A stretch of 63,803 bases of DNA, the filler included, from Octopus bimaculoides (lineage: Eukaryota), in NCBI RefSeq assembly GCF_001194135.2. It is 4 parts of 4 records of this genome, joined end to end, with 100 filler letters (N's around TTAATTAATTAA, not from the genome) between each part and the next. Parts side by side here need not be neighbours in the genome. Positions count along the whole stretch, not along the records: positions 1 to 27,139 come from NC_068989.1; 3 more parts are not named here. The stretch is one strand, 5' to 3'. Each line of letters starts with the position of its first letter. Position 1 is the first letter of the stretch. A model generated the notes under the pieces. That model was not told the origin of the DNA. It saw nothing but the letters and a program-made list of their open reading frames with translations, and did not search any database. The position numbers were made by a program, and so were the translations under genes. Of this stretch, positions 11,541 through 23,791 are shown in pieces.

Positions 11541-12134
11541 TTGTGACATTTTAACATCTAAGGCAAATCCACTGCAGTTACCGAAAAGAAAAAAATTCTC
11601 TCTTACGGTAAGAGGTATAAAAGCATATCTACCCATTGCTTTTTCTTATCAGATTCCCAGATGCGCGTTTCTAGTTTTTTAGCCTACTTCAGTGGGAAAT
11701 ACCGAAAAGAGATAGCCCGGGGTATATTCAAAGCCGTAGCTTTAACTAAAAACAGTCAAGATTAAGTGAAAGCCTAGGCCTTAACTAAAGGCGAGGATAA
11801 GCATGGCTACCTAAAGTTCGTTAATTCCTAATCATTGCTTGGTGTAGTGATTAGGAATAAACGAATTTTCGGTTAGTTAATAAATATAGCTTCTGACCAA
11901 GCTGTCCATTAGCGCAACTGTCACTAATGTTGACTGTATTTTAGTTAAAGCTACGGCTCTGAATTTGCCCAGGATTATCTCTCTTTGCTATTTCCCATTG
12001 AGGAAGGCTAAAGCGCTAGAAACCTGCGTCTGGGAATCCAAAAGGCGAAAGTACTGGGCGGGTTTGGTCTTTTTTTTTTACACCTTTTATCATAAGAGAG
12101 TGAATTTGCCTTTTTAAGTTAAAATATGTCACAA
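11541..12134. repeat. ~590-bp imperfect palindrome (MITE-like or long hairpin)
   Basis: Core arms 11652-11769 and 11921-12038 are about 82% complementary by hand alignment; outer arms reach TTGTGACA/TGTCACAA; inner hairpin at 11813-11869. Confidence 0.9.
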
Positions 12135-12690
12135 ACTCAAACCATTTTAACAAACGAGAGTTCGTTTATTCCTAATGGCTGCTCGGTGCTGATGCTGCTA
12201 CACACACACACACACACACGCACACACATATGTATGTATGTACGTATGCTTGTTTGTTTGTATTATGATGTATTTTTATACATCATTATTATGATGTATA
12301 TATAAGTGGGTAAGCAGGAAGGCAGGTGTGTATGTACGTGCAAACCCAAACATCTAAATCCAATCACCTGGAAAACGGCCAGACGTAAAGGTCTTTATTT
12401 TAAATAGGTTCTTAACTTCTTACTCTTTGTTTCCTTGTTCTTAACATTAAATTACTTCCACAAAACACACTTTCACCTAATGTAACCATCCCAAAATACT
12501 CCTTTTCAAGACTAGAGCAGCTGTTGTTCCATTATATATGCATATGGGTATACATACAAAGATACATACATACATGTGTATGCATGCATGTTTGTATTTA
12601 TACATATATGTATATGTATATTTGTGTGTGTTTGTGTTTGTGTGTATACATACATAGATATTGTATATATATATATATATATATTATAAA

Positions 12691-12724
<34 letters not shown>

Positions 12725-13209
12725 GTAGATTGATAGATAGGGAGAGATACACACATATACATACATACATACATACATACATACATACACTCACACACAT
12801 ACATATCTGTAAATATGTTGTTTTTTTTTGTTTTTTGTTTTCCTTTTGCAGACAAGAAAGTACTTGGTGCCAAGTAGATATTTTACATTAAGATTTCTTC
12901 AAGGAAGGACAATTGGGTGGAAGCTGTGTAGCTACGCTATGTTTGTTTGCTTCAATCGCCTCCACTGACCATATAGGTCTGGGGTATTACAAAAACAATT
13001 CATAAAACATATTGAATGGGCTTGTACTTGGTCTTTCGACATGCTAGAAATAGCAGTCAAATTTCTCTTTCTACTTTACACTCCCTACCTAAAAAGAAAA
13101 AAAAAGGACTGAATTCCTTTTGATCAAAGATTCACAACATCAACAAAAGAAGTATATTAATATCTTTATGAAATCGATTTTTTTTTAGTCAATAGGTCTT
13201 TTTTCTTGC

Positions 13210-13410
13210 AACCTACCTGTCGACTTCACTAGTGCTGGTGACGTGATTAAAGCATCAAGTACACTCTGTAAAAACGGTTGGTGTTAGGAAGGGCATCCTA
13301 CCGTAGAAGCCATACCAACCCATGCCAGCATGGAATACTGACGGTAAATGATAATGATAGTGATGACGACGACGACGACAACGACGGCGACGATGATGAT
13401 GATGATGAAG
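13210..13410 (+). mobile_element. RTE-associated 3' end with (GAT)n tail
   Basis: Same 3' motif as 10140-10490, followed by (GAC)n(GAT)n. Confidence 0.65.
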
Positions 13411-13474
13411 TTTGCTACTTATTCTGTCGATCTCTCTTGCCAAACCGCTAATTGAAACACAAACAAATGCATAG

Positions 13475-13509
<35 letters not shown>

Positions 13510-13580
13510 CACACACAATCTCTTTCTCAGACATGCGCACCCACACAATCTCCCTCTCACACACACATGTGCGCGCAGTT

Positions 13581-13633
<53 letters not shown>

Positions 13634-13669
13634 AACACTAGCTATGTATGATAACTATTGATAAGAACT

Positions 13670-13900
13670 GAAGCTACTACCATTATCCCCGACATAATTA
13701 GGCTATCAACAGGAATATTTCGTGGTGACGCCTTGTCTGTAATTCCTTTCGTCCCAGCAGTGAACCTTTTGCCAGCCCTTTTTACGAGGAACACAAAAGG
13801 CTTACATGATAGGAACTGCAAATGAAAGAAAGATTAATTTGAACCACACCTTTTTTGTTGACAATCATAAACTCTACCAAAGAAGCAGCTATGAATGGTC
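13670..13900 (+). mobile_element. R4/Dong-like reverse transcriptase fragment
   Basis: GIFRGDALSVIPF...NHTFFVDNHKLY corresponds to GIFQGDSLSP and HLLFMDDLKLY (RT core). Confidence 0.7.
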
Positions 13901-15299
13901 ACAAAATTCTCACGAGAAACTGATTTGCATTCTTCAGATATTATCGATTTGCGGAACAGTGAAAATTTGTTAAACATTTCAGGAACCTCAAAAGGTTCCT
14001 GGGTGAACATGGGTACATAATCATATATACATATGGAATGCATGTAAATGCACATTCACACAAGCAGTAATGAAATGATCACTTGTGTTCTGTCGTGACA
14101 TGCACACTTACAAACTGGAAGTTCATCCACATGCACACACATACGCATAACATGCACACATATAAGCATACATCAATCAATCCAGGTAACCACAAATCCT
14201 AAGAGTAGTCTTTACTTAAACATAACAGCTTTGCTACTTTGTTAGTGACCAGCTTCAGTTCTGTAAAGGAAAAAGCCTTAAAAATAAATCCCAAAGAAAT
14301 ACATACGTACGTTCGTACTTACATATGTACATGCATGCGTAGTATCTACCTACCTATACGCGCGCGCGCACACGCATACATACATACATACATACATACA
14401 TACATACATACATACATACATACATACATACATCGTTTGCGTCACAAAGAGAAAGTAGACTGCACCGAACGACAAATTTCAGACACTACGACTACATATT
14501 GAAGAAGAAGGTGTTATTTTAAAGAAAATGCTGTATATAAAATGCGAATCTAATTCATTAACGTATTTCATAAAGTTTAACGTTAAAATCAACATGTAAT
14601 CCTTAAAACTTAAAACATTCTTCGAATGTGAACAGTCCGAATTAATCTCTCTAAGTTTGAATATTTTTGCTTACACCTAAGCTAATTAATCTAATCTATT
14701 TTTACAACGAATACTCAGATAGAAGACACTGCTTTTATAGGTATGATTGTGTTTAAATTTCTGCAACGTTAAACAGATGAGAAACAAATCTCCACCTCAC
14801 TAGAGAGGTAACCACTCTAAAGCAGGGCGTATTTTCTCATGGAGGAATTCAACTCGCCTCTTCAAGTCTGTAAGTCGCCATTGGTCAGTTTTACAATGTT
14901 ATTGTTGTGTATGTCTAATAGCTTGACCTGCTAGAAATAGAAACCGAATATCTTTCAAATTGCACCCTACTGTCTTAAAAAACTCGAGAAAAGCATATAA
15001 TCAAAGATTCACTGTTCAAATAAACGTCGAGGTAGTTATAACGAAGACTTTTGATAATAATTAGTCATAACAGGAAGGCTTTTTCAATCACGATCGACCG
15101 GAAGGTAATTAACAACGATGAATTGTACCAAATCAACGGTATTTAATTAGGTAAATGCTTAATGGACAACTTGAAGATTAGATATATATACCGCAATAAG
15201 GCGGCGAGCTGACAAGAATCGTTAACACACCGGCCAAAATGCTTAGCGACATTTCGCCCGTCTTTATATACTGAGTTCAAAATTCCGCCGAAGTCGACT

Positions 15300-16080
15300 T
15301 TACTGCGGATTTTATTCGTACTCCGTGCTCTTCAAGTGTCCCTTGACATAATAATCACATGCTGAAAGATCAGGAGAACATGGTGGCCACAAATTATTGC
15401 TAACTGTGCGTTTCTCAGAGCAGTTCCTATGGACTCACTGCAGAAACTCCAGGGAAGTGTGGCAAGTTGCCCTGTCCTGCTTGAAGAAGTACACTTGTCT
15501 TTCATATTCAGTGAGTTGAGTATAAAACTGGTCCAAAATGTGCATGCTGACCTCCATGTTGATAGTATTATAAAAAAAATATTGGTCCAATGATGCTTGT
15601 CTCGGAAACAGCACACCTAACACCGATTTCTTTTTTATTGTGGATAAAGTGTGGATCCTCCACCACCCAGTTCCACGTGTTTTGTGAATTTACATGGCCA
15701 GAGAGATCATATCTCATCATTTATTATGTACTGGAATGGGAGTAGCCCACTTTAGCAATGTTATTCAGAAGTCATGTGCAGTAATTTACTCGGTTGCTCT
15801 TATCATCTTTTTTATTGCTGTAGACATGTGATATGATATGGCTTCAGCTTCAAACTTTTCAACATTTGTTGGCATGACCTCCTGCTTATTTGAGAATGCC
15901 TCGTCAGTTTACGTGTTAGCTTCTTTGGTCTTCGAGTAATCCTTTGGCCTGAATAAGTACCGGCGTTCGAACTGTAGGGTTTTGTTTTGGGGCGTTTGCA
16001 CTGACCCCATAGCACTTGTATCGTTCTCTTTGTCTGAATAATTTCCGGGAAACTTGACTTCAAAAATTTCACGTGTTTAC
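15300..16080 (-). mobile_element. Tc1/mariner (maT/rosa-like) transposase relic
   Basis: N-terminal TRKLTRHSQISRRSCQQMLKSLKLKPYH; catalytic YFFKQDRATCHTS and WPPCSPDLS. Confidence 0.75.
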
Positions 16081-16082
16081 TC

Positions 16083-16128
<46 letters not shown>

Positions 16129-16329
16129 TGACCGAGTTCCCAACATTCCATCCCACCTGAACTGTCGCAGGATTGCTAATTTACAGCTGAGTGGACTGGC
16201 GCAACGCAAAATGAAGTGTTTTTCACAAGAACACAATACACCGCTCGGTCTGGGAATCGAAACCACGATCATAAATGCAACAACTTAATCACTAGGGTAC
16301 GCACCTTCACCTAATGAATAGCCGCTTTC

Positions 16330-16850
16330 GGTTCATCTAATGCACGCGATATCTTGGCCAGCATCCTGGTAGTTTCTCCTCAAGGGATATAGAAAGCGAA
16401 AGATGACCGAGCGGGACCCATTTGACCCCGCATTGTGTCATGATATAGTCGGCAAGCATCTATGGAAGGAAGTTCTTTATGTATGGACGGTCAGTCCAAC
16501 TTATTGAAACCATGGATATGCGTCATGTATTAGTACCACGTCTGTTCAATTCTGAGAAAAGGAAGTTATACAACATGAACGCATAATAAGTAGCATTCAC
16601 AGTTACTGCATGTCTGCCCGCTTCAAAGAAATATAGGCTTGTCGCATCTATATTTGTCACACAGTACGGCACTGTTACACCTTCACAGTGATAGGACGGT
16701 GGTATAGTAGTCGTGGGTTGTTTATCGAAAGTCTTGCTTATTAACGCGAACAGACGGATGGAAATAAATGCTTCATCGCTCATAGAAAGAATCATGTCGT
16801 CTGCAAACGTTGTCCCGAATTCTCAGTTCCCTTCATATATTTGTTGAGCA
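16330..16850 (-). mobile_element. Second maT/rosa-like Tc1/mariner relic
   Basis: MSDEAF...LYFFEAGRHAVTVNATYYAFMLYNFL matches MSDEAHF and GPYFFE..AVTVN..RY..ML. Confidence 0.7.
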
Positions 16851-16889
16851 AATTATAATCCTTTAAGTATCACAATTTATGTCATGTGA

Positions 16890-17110
16890 CTTAGCGGTTA
16901 GGGTGTTACACTCATGATCGTAAGATTGTGGTTTCGATTGCTGGACCGGGTGATGCGTTGTTCTTGAGTAAAACACTTCGTTTCATGTAACTCCACTCCA
17001 CTCAGCAGGCAAAAGAGTAATCCTGCGAGTACTAGCATCCCGTCCAGGGCAGGAGTATATACGCCACAGAGTCTGAGAAACCGGCTTTATGAGTCTATAG
17101 CTTAGGAGGG
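16890..17110 (+). mobile_element. Family-C tRNA-derived SINE
   Basis: CTTAGCGGTTAGGG head, GGTTTCGATT B box, CGTCCAGGG...AACCGGC...TATGAG tail. Confidence 0.8.
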
Positions 17111-17653
17111 ACCGTTGATCCTTTTCACAATACCTTTCACACGATGTGATCTGAAATGCGTTGTAGGGTGTCATGCTCAGTTGAAGAACGACGAAGACAG
17201 GTTTTCCTATCGCCTATCCGATGACCTCAATATTCGACGATGTTCAATCAGTTCACATACCTGATGGTTTCTTTTACTTTAAATGCCGAACTGGTTAATC
17301 CTCAGTTTTCGAACCACAACTATATCGTATTGCAAGTAGACACTTTTCTATGACGGCCCACAAGCGAAAATACCATGTGTGAGTAACTAAGACACTTTAA
17401 ATAAATTGAGAAATAAATAAAAATAAAAGTTAAAAGTAGTCAGTCATTTACAGGAGCACGATGTCGTGCGTTCTACAGTCTCACAGTTACCGAAATGGCG
17501 TCATGTATGTTGTTCAACAGTACTCAGTGCGTGACTTCTCATTCTGGCCACAAAAATTACTGCCATTCTTTTTAAATCATGAGACACATGTTTCTTTGAA
17601 GGACCCATGTATGTATTTATATATATATATATTCATTTAGAGAATTAACATTG

Positions 17654-17703
<50 letters not shown>

Positions 17704-18009
17704 ATATATAATGGAATTGAAGGCTTGTGATACCTGTGGAGTATCACCTTCACCCATTATAATTGTTTTGTAGTTTCAAGAAGCTGGAACGGGTCGCCGA
17801 TTTGTGACGTCCGTGCATGGCTTAGTGGTTAAGGTGTTGCACTCATGATTGCGGGATCCTGGGTTCAATTCCCAGGACGGGCGTTGCGTCGTGTTCTTGA
17901 GAAAAGCACTTCATTCCACGTTGCTCTACGATCATTTCGACATCTGACATAAGGCACCCGTTGCACCGGTACAGGTAATATCCATAAGATGGAGGGAGTG
18001 ATGATAACG

Positions 18010-19010
18010 AAATTAAACTGGCTGATGTGTTAGACGTTTTGAGGCTATACAGGTCCATCTCCTTCCAGGTTGCTTCCTGTATAGGCTGTTCCCAATGTAA
18101 AGCCTTCTTGTTTCTGCCATGGTAACCAAACGTTCTCCTCTTTTGTTTCTCTTTCCTGATCCAAACTTAGCAGCATATTTCTTTCTTTGCTGTCCTTTTC
18201 CAATCTTCGCTTTGAAATCTCCCATCACCACAGTGTAAGTGGATTTGTGAGCTAGCACGCTCTCTAGCTCTTGGTAGAATTCTTTTATTTCGTCGACTTC
18301 AATCGTGATTGTCAGAGCGTAGGTTTGGATGATCTTCAGGGTGGCATTTCTTGAGAGATGAATGTTTAGCACTCCGATGCGTGATGACGGCAATTGACAA
18401 GAAATAATTTCCGAAACCCATTCTTTGCTTACGATGAACCCTATACTCTCGTGCCTTCCTCTCCTCCCGCTCTCATGACATTTCCATCTGTCCATCTCAC
18501 ATTTCTTTCTTTCTTTTGACGTGTTTCGCAGATCCCTAGCACATCGCATTTGATTTCCTTTTTTCTCTTCCATTAGATGGATCATTCTGGTTCTCCCTGC
18601 CAAAGACCTGCAGTTGTAGGTACATATGGCAAGGGTTCTTGTGCGATTCCTTGGCGGCCCATGGTTACCAGAAATTCTTAGCAGTCCCTGGCTGCTTTGA
18701 TTTCGCTCAGCCGCCATGGAATGGTCCATTTGACCTGCAGGATACTGAGGCTCACTTCCTTGTATTTTTTAGCATTTAAGATGAAGCCACTCCGCTGACT
18801 AGTCGAGTAGGCTATTTATTACCTCTTCAGTTTAGCAAGCTTCCGAACTCTAGCGAATAGACTACGTGCTTGCTTCCGTTAGGCAGTCCTTTGTAGAGAC
18901 AGTTGCCTGGTACCATTGTAACTTTGTTGGACCTGCCAGGGCATACACCCCACTACTATAGCTACCGAATAACCATTGCCACTGTTGCATGTATACGTAT
19001 GTACGCAGCA
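18010..19010 (-). mobile_element. RTE-clade LINE: apurinic endonuclease plus 5' region, 3' truncated
   Basis: ICTYNCRSL...GIGFIV...IIQTYA...VVMGDFKAKIG...RNKRGERLV...YIGNS...RWT are APE motifs; one frameshift. Confidence 0.9.
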
Positions 19011-19036
19011 CGTACAAATGTATGTATGTATGTATG

Positions 19037-19067
<31 letters not shown>

Positions 19068-19199
19068 CTATATGTGTGTGTGTGCTTGTGTTTGTCCCAC
19101 ACCAGCGCATGACAACCAGTGCTGGTTTGTTTACGTCCCCGTAATTAAGCGTTTCGACGAGAGAGGCTGATAAAATATGTACAAGGCTTTAAAATTAAG

Positions 19200-19231
<32 letters not shown>

Positions 19232-19912
19232 GCAGAGATATAACAAGTAATAATCCGAGTAACAGTTTTTTGTTATGTTTCTGCTGCTTTTAAATACAGC
19301 ATATTACTCTACCTCTGGTATTTGAGTACTCTTNNNNNNNNNNNNNNNNNNNNNNNNNNNNNNNNNNNNNNNNNNNNNNNNNNNNNNNNNNNNNNNNNNN
19401 NNNNNNNNNNNNNNNNNNNNNNNNNNNNNNNNNNNNNNNNNNNNNNNNNNNNNNNNNNNNNNNNNNNNNNNNNNNNNNNNNNNNNNNNNNNNNNNNNNNN
19501 NNNNNNNTATATATATATATATATATGTATACACACACATTCATACATATATAGATAATAACACGAATAGGCTGAGGTTCACTCCACCTAGAGCAAGTGT
19601 CTTCTTCGATAGCGTCGGGCTGATCAAAGCCTTATGAGTAGATTTGGTAGACAGAAACAGTCTATGTATCTGTGTGTGTGTGTGTATGTGTATTTATGTG
19701 TGTGCCTTTGTGTCTGTATTTGTTTCCCTCCATCGCTTGACAACCGATGGTGATGTGTTTATGTCCCCGTAGCTTAGCAGTTCGGCCAAAGACAACGAAG
19801 GAATATTCCTGGAATCGATTTCTTCTACTAAAACCCCTATAAGACGGTGCTCCAGCATGGCCACAGTCAAATTACTGAAGCGTGTAAAAGAATAAAAGAA
19901 TACGTACATACG

Positions 19913-19945
<33 letters not shown>

Positions 19946-19956
19946 GNNNNNNNNNN

Positions 19957-19990
<34 letters not shown>

Positions 19991-20368
19991 ACGATATGTG
20001 TGTGTTCTTGTTTATCTTCCACCAGCACTGGACAACCGGTTCTGGTTTGTTTATGTCCCCGTAATTTAGCGTTTTGGGAAAGGAGACCGATTGAATAAGT
20101 ACCAAGCTGTCTTTGACTCTAGCTTGGTGACTTTGTTATTAAATTACCTCTATTCTATTATTGCAAATAATTACATACACAGACATCCGCGCGCGCGCAC
20201 ACACACATATATATATGTTGTCGAACCGCTAAGTTACAGGGACGTAAACGCACCAGCAGCGGCTGTCAAGCAGTAGCGAGGAGGGGGACAAACACTTGCC
20301 CAGAATGCCAGGCAGTGGGATTGAACCTGGAACCATATGGTTCGAAAGCAAGCTTCTTACCACGCAGC

Positions 20369-20403
<35 letters not shown>

Positions 20404-21712
20404 ACACACTTGTAAAACGCGGCAAAGACAAAAATAACATCAGTTTATTCGGTATGTTCCTAACATATATACCTGCCCCATATACCTCTTATGAGAGAAA
20501 AACCGTTAGATTTTTTCTTCTGTATCATTCATTCATCATTTATTTATTCATTTAAAGACGGCGAGCTGGTAGAAACGTTAGCACGCCGGTCGAAATGCTT
20601 AGCGGTATTTCGTCTGTCTTTATGTTCGGAGTTCAAATTCCGCCGAGGTCGACTTTGCCTTTCATCCTTTCGGAGTGGAAAAATTAAGCACCAGTTATGC
20701 ACTGGAGTCGATGTAATCAACTTAATCCTTTTGTCTGTCCTTGTTTGTCCCCTCTATGTTTAGCCCCTTGTGGGCAATAAAGAAATAAGAAACGTTAGCA
20801 CACCGGGCGAAATACTTAGCGGTGTTTCATCCGTCTCTACGTTCTGAATGGAATTCCGCCGAGGTCGACTTTNNNNNNNNNNNNNGCCCCATATACCTCT
20901 TATGAGAGAAAAACCGTTAGATTTTTTCTTCTGTATCATTCATTCATCATTTATTTATTCATTTAAAGACGGCGAGCTGGTAGAAACGTTAGCACGCCGG
21001 GCGAAATGCTTAGCGGCATTTCGTCTGCCATTACGTTCTGAGTTCAAATTCTGCCAACGTCGACTTCGCCTTTCATCCCTTCGACTGGGGTCGATTTAAT
21101 CGACTGGCCGCCTCCCCACAAAATTCGGGCCTTGTACTTAGAGTAGAAAAGATTATTTATCTATTTATTTGTTTATCCTTTTATCTTTGGATACCAGTAC
21201 TTCATATCGTGGAAACTAGAACTCTGATTTTTTTCTTGCACCAAAGTTTTAATATTTTCACAAAATTTTTTGTTCCCCATCCACTTTCATATTCTATTCC
21301 TATCTCATGAAGTATAAAGCTTCGGAGGAGGGACAGCTATTCCCAACTGCTGATTTCTAGTTCTATGGATCTCCCTTTAACGGATTTCGGAAGCAGTGGT
21401 CAAAATCACAGCATATTAACAACACCTCTTCACCATCCATGGTAAGTCTGGTTTTAAATTCAAAATGCTGAATTTACTGTATTATAGCGTATATTTACAG
21501 TGTACAAGCATTTTACGCTGTCGGATTAGACAGTGAGCTTGATTAAAAGTACAGTTCTGTATTTATTCCTCCGTCTTTCGCAATGTAATTGTTGATATTA
21601 GCCACTCCTAACGTAACTTAACCTTACTGTCGGTACCTACGGACAATCGGCTTCATCGGACCGACGTTCCCCACTTTTAGTTCGTTGTACCGAGGTATAT
21701 AAGCTCGTTGTG

Positions 21713-21719
<7 letters not shown>

Positions 21720-21747
<28 letters not shown>

Positions 21748-22250
21748 TTTAGTGTCCATTTTCCATGCTAGCATGAGTTAAAAATTTTAACTAGCGTTGG
21801 TAAGCTCTACTCTGTTTTGGCTTGGCTTCTACGGCCGGTTGCCCTTCCTAATACCAACCACCCCACAGAGTGTACTGGGTGCCTTTTGCATGTCACCAGT
21901 ACGGGTGCTGACCAGTACTGTCACCAATACCGGCACTGACCATAGCTACGGTTTCACTTGGATTGATGTATCTACTCAAGCACAGGAAATCGATGAAAAC
22001 CTCGGTCTTTTGCCATCGCCTCCGTGAAACACAACATCCCAAAGATCATATTTCACCGTTTCATACCACGTCTTCTTCTGTCTACCTCTTCCACAGTTAT
22101 AAATCAGCCCTTTTTTTATGCAGCTATCCATGTCCATACACATCACATAACCATACCAGCACAGCCCTTCTCTCTTGTACATTATACCCGATGCTTCTTC
22201 TACCCGATTATTCTCTTAAGACACACTCTGTGTTAATATGTGTGTGTATG
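21720..22250 (-). mobile_element. RTE LINE 3' end
   Basis: LCWYGYVMCMD...GRGRQKKTW followed by the shared 3' UTR and (ATG)n tail. Confidence 0.8.
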
Positions 22251-22531
22251 TATATATGTGTTTGCGTGTGTGTATGTGTGCGTATGGCTCTATGTCTTGA
22301 GTTTGTCTCCCCCACCACCACTTGACAACCGGTGTTGGTGTGTTTATGTTCCCGTTACTTAGCAGTTCGACAAAAGGAAACGATAGGATAAGTACCAGGC
22401 TTAAAAAACAAAATAAGTACTGGGGTCGATTTATTTGGCAAGATATTCTTCAAAATATTCTTCAAAATATTTTTCAAGGCGGTGCCATCGTATGGCCAGT
22501 CTAAAGACTGAAAAAATAAAAGATAAAAGAT

Positions 22532-22578
<47 letters not shown>

Positions 22579-23090
22579 NNNNNNNNNNNNNNNNNNNNNN
22601 NNNNNNNNNNNNNNNNNNNNNNNNNNNNNNNNNNNNNNNNNNNNNNNNNNNNNNNNNNNNNNNNNNNNNNNNNNNNNNNNNNNNNNNNNNNNNNNNNNNN
22701 NNNNNNNNNNNNNNNNNNNNNNNNNNNNNNNNNNNNNNNNNNNNNNNNNNNNNNNNNNNNNNNNNNNNNNNNNNNNNNNNNNNNNNNNNNNNNNNNNNNN
22801 NNNNNNNNNNNNNNNNNNNNNNNNNNNNNNNNNNNNNNNNNNNNNNNNNNNNNNNNNNNNNNNNNNNNNNNNNNNAGGGACTAAATAAGTCAAAAACTAC
22901 CAAAAAATAAGCAACATATTTACTGAAAGCGAGGGAATGCAGCTTTCAAGATTTATCTCTTAAAAACATTTAACTTAACGGTAAACCACTGGTTTCTCAA
23001 TCAAATACAGAAAAACTGTGAAGTAATCTGTATTCTTTTGTTCATCAGTACACGTATATGTACGTTTGTTTGTTTGTGTATGTATGTATG

Positions 23091-23128
<38 letters not shown>

Positions 23129-23504
23129 AATATGTAAGTGTGTATGTGTGTAACGTAAAGAAATAGGGATTTGGAATCTGGTTTGGTACCTTGTTAGCAC
23201 TCTGAAATAATCTAGATTTGGCGAACGACACTGAATAATAGGGAACATAATACCAATTGTTAATAATAATCCTTTCTACTAAAGGCACAAGACCTGAAAT
23301 TTGGTGGGGAGGAGACTAGTCGATTACATCGACACCAGTGTTTTACTGGTAATTAATTTATCGACCCCCGAAAGGATGAAAGGCGAAGTTGACCTCGGCA
23401 GAATTTGAACTCAGAACGTAGCGGCAGACGAAATACCGGTAAGCATTTCGCCCGGCGTGCTAACGATTCTGCCAGCTCGCCACTTTAACAATAATAATAA
23501 TTAT

Positions 23505-23721
23505 TATTATTCAGACAAATACATAACAAAAACACCAGGACTTACAAATATATATAACATACAGAAAATTGCACTACTGGGCACTGCACACATCCTACGC
23601 AAAACACTTTCAATACAGTAACCATAAGAGCATCACAGGAAACCACAGCACATACCCAAGGCATACAGAGCTGTGCTCGGTAGTGAAGTGAAAGCACGTT
23701 ATAAAAATAAAACTACTGAAC

Positions 23722-23790
<69 letters not shown>
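23505..23790 (+). mobile_element. R4/Dong-like LINE 3' terminus with (AAT)n tail
   Basis: Near-identical to 8020-8116 (KYITKTPGLTNIYNIQKIALLGTAHILRKTLSIQ*), then 3' UTR and (AAT)n. Confidence 0.9.
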
Positions 23791-23791
<1 letters not shown>

